A stretch of DNA of 64,000 nt from assembly GCA_951406725.2 (NCBI GenBank), contig OX597834.1:21080001-21144000 (forward strand), given 5' to 3'. This document shows positions 56,349-64,000 of this stretch, piece after piece. The notes beneath the pieces were generated by a model. It saw only the letters and a list, made by a program, of their open reading frames with translations, made no database searches and was not told the DNA's origin. Both the position numbers and the translations under genes were made by a program. Positions within the stretch are counted from its first letter, which is position 1; each line of letters begins with the position of its first letter. The stretch comes from Octopus vulgaris (lineage: Eukaryota).

Positions 56349-57064
56349 TTTCAGCATCATCATCGTTATCATCAGTATCATAATCATCCATCATCATTAT
56401 CCTCACCATCATTGTTATCCTCATCATTATCATCATCATTTTCATCCTCATCATTATCACCTTCGCTGTCATCATCATTATCATCAGTGTCATCATAATT
56501 GTCATCATCATTATCTTCATCGTTATCATCTTCATCATCATCATCATCATTAACCAGCTTCATTGTCATCATCACTATCATCCTCATCACATTTTTTCAT
56601 CATCCTCATCGTTGATGAAATAAACACCAGTTGAATACGGGGTTGGGGAGGGGTCAATGTGATTGACTGTTCCCCATCCCTACAAATTCCAGGCACAAGG
56701 TCTAGAATTTGTGGGGTGGGGGAATACTCAGAGAAAAGATTATCATCATTATTATTATTTATTATTATTATTTATGGGTTTTTCTTCTTCTTTCAAATTT
56801 GCTTCCATTTCTTGCCTAGTGTCTTCCCGACTCCTAGGGCAAAGAAACTCATAGTATACATTGGTAGGCCATTAAACTAAACTCACTAGTTTGTTCATTT
56901 TTTTTTTAAAGTTAAATTAAAATACATGGGTAGTAATAGTTCTCACATCGACAATGCTCTTCTCAATACGTGTGATGTACCAGTTAAGACAATCTTTTGC
57001 ACTTCTTGCAGGGATGGTAAGCCAGGGATCATTCTCATATAACTTTCGGTTCCCTTCTTGATCA

Positions 57065-57105
<41 letters not shown>

Positions 57106-57170
57106 CATTATTATTATTATTATCATTATTAATTATTATTATTATTATTATTATTATTAGTAGTATTTAA

Positions 57171-57203
<33 letters not shown>

Positions 57204-57712
57204 CATTATAATTATTAAGGAGGTGAGCTGGCAAAATTGTTAGCATGCTGGTCGAAATGCTTATTGGTATTTTGCTCACCTCTACATTCTGGGTACAAAT
57301 TCTGCTGTGGTTGACTTTATCTTTCATCCTATTGGAGTCAGTAAATTAGATACCAACGAAACACCGGGGTTAATGTAATCAACTAGTCCCCTCCTGCTAA
57401 ATTTCAGGCCTTTTACCTTCAGTAGAATGGATTGGCAGAAACGTTAGCATGTCGAGCGAAATGCTTAGAGGTATTTTGTTTGCTTGAATTAAATAGTGTG
57501 TGCGCAGGGCCCTGTTTTGGTGCAAGGCCTTCTTTTGGCTCAAGGCCCAATGTTAACAAATCTCTCTAATTGGTTTAAAACCAGCCCTGCTTTTCAGTAC
57601 CAAATTCTGCCTACGTCAACCTTTCATTGGATAATTTAACCCTGGATACATTATGTCCAAAAATACAAAACAAAAAGAAAAAAATCTGATAGAATGTTCA
57701 AAGCTAAAAGAC

Positions 57713-58582
57713 ATAGGTGCAGGAATGGCTGTGGGGTAAGAAGTTTGCTTCCCAGCCATAAGGTTCTGGGTTCAATCCCACTCCATGGCACCTTGGGCAA
57801 ATGTCTTTTATTATAGCCTCAGGTGGACCAAAGCCTTGTGAGTGGATTCGGTAGATGGAAACTGAAAGAAGCCCATCCTATTCACATGTGAATATATCTG
57901 TATGTGCATGTCATTGTGACTGTGTTTGTCCCCACCACCAACACCATCACCATTGCTTGACAATAGGTGTTGGTTTGTTTACGGCCCTGTAACTTAGCAG
58001 CTCGGCAAAAAGTGACCGATAGAATGAGAGTACCAAACTTTAGAAGTCCTGGGTTCGATTTGTTCAGGCGAAACCTTTTGAGGCAGTGCCCCAGCATGGT
58101 CACAATACAATGGCTTAAGCAAGAAAAGGACAGAGAATTAAAGATGGGTCTGTCTGCCTCAAGAGACTGACCTGGGGGTAAACAATTATCTGCAATGATA
58201 ACAACAACAGCAACAACGAAACATTATGGTCAATTTGTTAATATACTTGTGTGTGTGTGTGTATGAGTGCATCTGTGTGTTTGTATGTGTGTGTGTTCAT
58301 TGTTCATGTCTCTTTCCTTCTGTCCATCTCAAAACCCTCTCTTCTTCCTCTTTCTATCCTGTCCCAAACTTAACCTCATATTTGATTCACACACACAAAC
58401 ACACACACTCACACACACAAATATGTGTGGTAAGTAGCTTGTTTACCAACCACATGGTTCCGGGTTCAGTCCCACTGTGTGGCATCTTGGGCAAGTGTCT
58501 TCTGCTATAGCCCCGGGCCACCAATGCCTTGTGAGTGGATTTGGTAGACGGAAACTGAAAGAAGCCTGTCGTATATATGTGT

Positions 58583-58628
<46 letters not shown>

Positions 58629-58845
58629 ATGCGTTTGTGTGTCTGTGTTTGTCCCCCTAGCATTTCTTGACAACTGATGCTGGTGTGTTTACGTCCCCGT
58701 CACTTAGCGGTTCGGCAAAAGAGACCGATAGAATAAGTACTGGGCTTACAAAGAATAAGTCCCGGGGTCGATTTGCTCGACTAAAGGCGGTGCTTCAGCA
58801 TGGCTGCAGTCAAATGACTGAAACAAGTAAAAAGAGTAAAGAGAG
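57713..58845 (+). mobile_element. Two family A SINEs (57713-58140 older; 58425-58845 younger)
   Basis: Both match the A head, body and tail. Confidence 0.85.
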
Positions 58846-58861
58846 TATATATATCATATAT

Positions 58862-58905
<44 letters not shown>

Positions 58906-58906
<1 letters not shown>

Positions 58907-59019
58907 TATGTGACAATTTGTTGGTTGTCATAATAAGAGTTTCGGATTCCGGGGGGGGGGGCTGAAGTCTCCTCCGGCATCTCATCAGTTATTAAGACAA
59001 AACACTAATTGTCACATAT
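58906..59019 (-). ncRNA. Hammerhead-like fold with extended stem I and collapsed stem III
   Basis: Minus strand gtcttaataa-CTGATGA-gatgccgg...ccggaatcc-GAAAC-tc-ttattatgac; outer helix atatgtgacaatt / aattgtcacatat. Confidence 0.55.
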
Positions 59020-59829
59020 TATATTTACAGATAAATTCCTCTATTTTACATAATATCGAGGTCTCATTCATATATATATGTGAATACATATGCATCATGC
59101 CTGTCCATTTGTGTGTGTGTGTGTCTAGATAGATAGATAGATAGATAGATAGATATGTATATACATTCACGTGTAGCTCTTTCATATCCTTCCCTAACTT
59201 GTCACCAGCACCACCGCCGCCAGCACGCCACAGAATTTCTTTCTTTCTCTTCGTCTCTCTCTCCCTTTCTGTTCTCTCACTCCCACACTGATAAATTTAC
59301 CAAAGCCTAAGACCTGTAGCAGACCACTTCAGAAATTCTCTTGCCCTATAACAGTTGGCAATGGCTGTCTGTCAGTGTGACTGTCAGACTGACTAACGGA
59401 GATTCTTACCGCCTTTTCTAAAACTCCCCCTCTCTTTCCATCCATTTGTCAGTTCCTCTATCTATCTATCTATCTATCTATCACACCCAGATACTTCTCT
59501 CTCTCTCTCTCTCTCTTTATGCATCTATCATACACACACACACACACGCCTCTTTCAAAGATTCTTTCTCTCCCTATCTATCTATTAATCACACACACAC
59601 AGCTCTCTTTCTCTGTCACACATACACACCCTTCTCTTTTCCTCTCTCTATCCATTCATCTCTCACATATAGCTTCATCTCTCTCTCAATCTATCAATAA
59701 ACTACTCTATCTCTTTATTCTATTCAATCTATTTCTCTCTCTCTCTCTCTCGCATACTTCTTTCTCTCTCTACCTTATCTCTCTGCCTATTTATCAATTA
59801 ATCTACACACAGCCCTTCTGTCGGTCTTT

Positions 59830-59830
59830 G

Positions 59831-59869
<39 letters not shown>

Positions 59870-59874
59870 GTCTG

Positions 59875-59945
<71 letters not shown>

Positions 59946-60074
59946 GTCAGTCTGTCTATCTATCTGTCAGTCTGTGTGTCTGTCTGTCTATCTATCTATC
60001 TATCTGTCTATCTATCTGTCAGTCTGTCTATCTATCTGTCAGTCTGTGTGTCTGTCTATCTGTCTATCTATCTA

Positions 60075-60105
<31 letters not shown>

Positions 60106-60130
60106 GTCAGTCTGTCTATCTGGCTGTCTG

Positions 60131-60161
<31 letters not shown>

Positions 60162-60240
60162 CGCTATCTATCTATCTATTTATCTATCTATCAGTCTGTC
60201 TATTTATCTCGCTATCTCTCCACCAATCTATCTGTCTATC
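59830..60240. repeat. (TCTA)n/(TCTG)n microsatellite; similar tracts at 34760-34920 and 49411-49530
   Basis: Direct reading. Confidence 0.95.
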
Positions 60241-60702
60241 TCACATACGCATATCTCTCGATTTTTCTGTCCATGTGTGTGGTGTGTGTTTGTGTGTGTG
60301 TTTGTCACCTCCGTACAGAAAACAGTGTACGTATAAATTTCTGCAGCTTTAACAATCGCGATACTAACACCAGAGAAGCCAACCTTTACAGTCAAAAACC
60401 GAAGCAAAGTATAACAGGGTGAAAACAACAGACTCTGGCAAAGCATTATTCAAATCTCAGTATCCACCGTATAGCTTTACATACATATCATCATCGTTTG
60501 TTTGAGCATAGTTGTTGCTTTTACGCCGCTTCCATCCCACGAATGAAGTGTGCTGGGACCAGCTGATGGTTCTCTTACTCTCACTCCCTCATCGTTTCAC
60601 GCCTCGCTCTCACTACTACTCTCACCCTTCTCTCTCCTACTCTCACACATACATATATATATCTATACGCATATATATATGTACTCTTTCTCTGTGATTC
60701 TT

Positions 60703-60734
<32 letters not shown>

Positions 60735-61304
60735 GTTCTCTCTTTGTCATTCTCTAGCAGATTATGTCAACAGGCAGCTGCGCCTCTCTGCCTGCCTGCC
60801 TCTCTTTCTTTCTCTCTCTCTATCTCTCAGCCTCTCCGCCTCTCTGCCCTTCTCTCTCTCTCTCAGCCTCTTTGCCGTTCTCTCTCTCTCTCTCAGCCTC
60901 TCCACCGCCTCTCCGTCTCTCTCTGTCTGTCTCTCTCTCTTTCTTTCGTTCTTCTCTGCCTCTTCAGGATAACAACCCACAGTTGCTTCTTCCCACCAAC
61001 ACCACCACCACCACCAACACCACCACCGACATCAATAACACTTCCCTGCCCTACCCTTCGGCACCCCCCACCCAGCGCCGCCCTACCTCACCCTACGCCC
61101 TTACCCTCCCGCCAACCAACCAACCAACCAACCGACCAACCAACCGACTAACCGGCCTTCCAGCCTTACCAGCCTACCAGCTTCATTTAGCTTGTTGATG
61201 TTTTCTCTGAATAGGATTACTGTACCTGTTATGAGATGTTAATAAGAAGACGACAAGGAATATACTTAACTTTACCGCTGCTAACACCCTGATTATTATT
61301 ATTA

Positions 61305-61354
<50 letters not shown>

Positions 61355-61539
61355 TATGCCATTTGTTGAAAGTACAAAAGGAAACTAACATATAACATCA
61401 TCATAAGAAGAAAAAAAAAATAATAAAAAAAAAGGCCCTTAAAAGAAAAAAATATTTAAATACATACATATATATATATAAGTATATTATATATTTAAAA
61501 TATATATATATATAAATATATATATTATATATTGCAATC

Positions 61540-61602
61540 ATGGTTCTGGAATATGTTGTAAGTGTTTGGGAAACTGCGGAGCCGGAGGTTTATGATTCAC
61601 AG
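61540..61602 (+). CDS. Candidate first coding exon, MVLEYVVSVWETAEPEVYDSQ, phase-0 donor; product unknown
   Basis: ATG in good context (aatcATGG), 21 open non-repetitive codons, then consensus donor CAG|GTAAGT; no downstream exon found in the window. Confidence 0.4.
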
Positions 61603-61779
61603 GTAAGTAAAGAAAAGAAAGTGATGGAATTTATTGTTGATTAAGATCCTTGTTGTTGTTGTCATTTTTTTTTTTTTTGTTTGTTTACTTACATCCCCCT
61701 CCCCTCCACCCACCCACCCTCACCACCACAACCCACACACACATCTGTTGACATGTTCTCATATATATATACACCGGTC

Positions 61780-61875
61780 CCTGGTTCTGGTTCTGGTTCT
61801 GGTCTGGTCCGGTCCGGCCTGGTGTGGTCCGATCTGGTCCAGTCTGGACCGGTCCGGTCCAGTCCGGTCCGGTCA
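61780..61875. repeat. (GGTCC/GGTCT/GGTTCT)n GC-rich short tandem repeat
   Basis: Direct reading. Confidence 0.85.
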
Positions 61876-61989
61876 ACTCAAACTTGTTGGAATAGTCCCA
61901 TGACTGAAGATGTTCCAAGTGTGACTGTCCCTGTCTCTTTTGGCATGTGTATGTGTGTATACATACACATCCAGACACATACACATATA

Positions 61990-62020
<31 letters not shown>

Positions 62021-62814
62021 GTATATACTATTATTATTATTATTAAAACAGTTGAGCCATTATCATACTGAACATAAAACCAAACATTAATACAATATAT
62101 GTATGTGTGTATGTGTGTGTGTGATTAATAGTACTAAGTTAATGTAGATGTATTAGAACACAGAATATTGTATTAATTATCTTGAGAAGTACCTCCATAT
62201 GAGAGGACCTCTAAAGGTAAATAATGCATATATACATATACATATGGAATGAATGTTTAGGGAAGCAACAGCTTTTAACAGGACCATGATTACTCATCCA
62301 ACCCATGCTAGCAAGGAAAGCTCATGTAAAATTGATGTATATTTATGTGTGTGTATACATACACATGTATGTATAAATATATATATATATATGTATGTAT
62401 ATATAACACATGTGTGTATGTATAGATATGTGTATATGTAATATAAGTATATATATATATATAAACACGTGTGTATGTATGTGTGTTTGATGAAAGCTAT
62501 TCCTGCCATGCCCATCCTGTTCATAGTCTAGTGCATCCGTTATATAACTTTGATGACACTCGAGAATAGTATGAGGGGTATTTGACAGCTATTTCTAGCA
62601 CATCCTATGACCACACACAGGCTCCTACACTAGCATCTAAGAATACGGTATTTGGCACCGGTCGGTCACCTTATATTATTGGCTGTAAACTCAACATAGC
62701 CCATAAGGAGTCTTTATTTGGTCACAGAAGCTGCTAGAAATACCAGCTAAATAACTCTCAAAATAACACCATCTTCACTTTTATTTATCTACTAATTATT
62801 ATTATTATTATTAC

Positions 62815-63137
62815 TGGTCAATGAAATAAGTACCAGTTGAGCATGGGGGTGGGGTTGATGTAATTAACTTAACCCTCTTTCCTGAAATTGCTGGCCTTGT
62901 GCCAAAATTTTAAACCATCATTATTATTGTTAGAATCGTTAGCACGCCGGGGGAAATGCTTAATGGTATTTTTATCTGCCGCTATGTTCTGAGTTCAAAT
63001 TCTGCTGAGGTCGACTTTGCCTTTCATCCTTTCGGGATCAACAAAATAAGTACCAGTTACGCACTGGGGTCAATGTAACGACAAATCCCCACTTCCTCCA
63101 AGCTGCCCTTGTGGCAAAAATTTGAAATAGTAATAAC

Positions 63138-63182
<45 letters not shown>

Positions 63183-63432
63183 CATCATCATCATTATCAT
63201 TATTATCATTATTATTATTATTATTATTAAAGTGGCAAGTTTGCAGAACCATCACACACCATGCAACATGCTTCAGAGCCTTCTGTCTGTCTTCATGCTC
63301 TGAGTTCAAATTCCACGAGGGTCAACTTGGCGTTTCCTCCTTTGGGGTTGGTGAGTTGATGAAATAGATACCAGTTGAATACTGGTGTCGACCCTTTCCC
63401 TAAAAACTGCCAGCCTTGTCCTAAAACTTGAA
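62815..63432 (+). mobile_element. Three family B copies or fragments among (ATT)n/(AAT)n tracts
   Basis: Repeated aagtaccagtt...gccttgtgccaaaattt and ttctgagttcaaatt motifs. Confidence 0.75.
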
Positions 63433-63451
63433 ACCATTATCGTTATTATTA

Positions 63452-63536
<85 letters not shown>

Positions 63537-64000
63537 GTGAAGTGGAAGAATAGTAGGTAATGTTGTCGGGAATTACAATGAAGCCAAAAGATGGAGTGGT
63601 CACAACTGGAAAGCCATCAACTATCAGTGCTAAGCAACAACAACAGCAATCATCATATTATTGTGTCTACAATCTTAAAATGCTGATGTAGAAGTAATTT
63701 TAAGGTTGTGCACACATATACACTCTGTATACCATCTGTGTGTATGCATACACATATACACACAACAAACACACACACACACATATATGTGTATTTACAT
63801 ACCCTCACATGCACATACTACCACACACATACACATGTACACAGCCAAAACACACTTGTGTATATATTGGTATGCATGCAATCATATACACACACATATA
63901 TACATGCTTATACAATAAAACACCTTCGTGTGTATACATACACCCAACTAGGCACATATACACAGAGAGAGACAATGCACATACTCCTACACATATATGC

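Overview
Eukaryotic, AT-rich, almost entirely non-coding DNA with very dense microsatellites and transposable elements. The repeat make-up points to a coleoid cephalopod, probably Octopus. This is inferred from remembered repeat families, not from a search. Nearly all listed ORFs are translations of (TA)n, (TG)n, (TATG)n, (GATA)n or (AAT)n. Supportable content: at least four tRNA-headed SINE-like families (A, B, D, E) plus a (GAT)n-tailed retroposon family (C), often nested; CR1-type LINE 3' fragments; a decayed LINE-like C-terminus with two C2H2 fingers; piggyBac-, hAT-, Tc1/mariner- and Tigger-like non-autonomous DNA transposons; and one candidate first coding exon at 61540-61602. The most notable signal is eight minimal type-I hammerhead-ribozyme-like motifs from several unrelated short repeat families, mostly beside (TA)n tracts. 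Some carry a compensatory U3-A8 core. They look like Penelope-like or retrozyme modules. Repeat boundaries were read by eye and are approximate.
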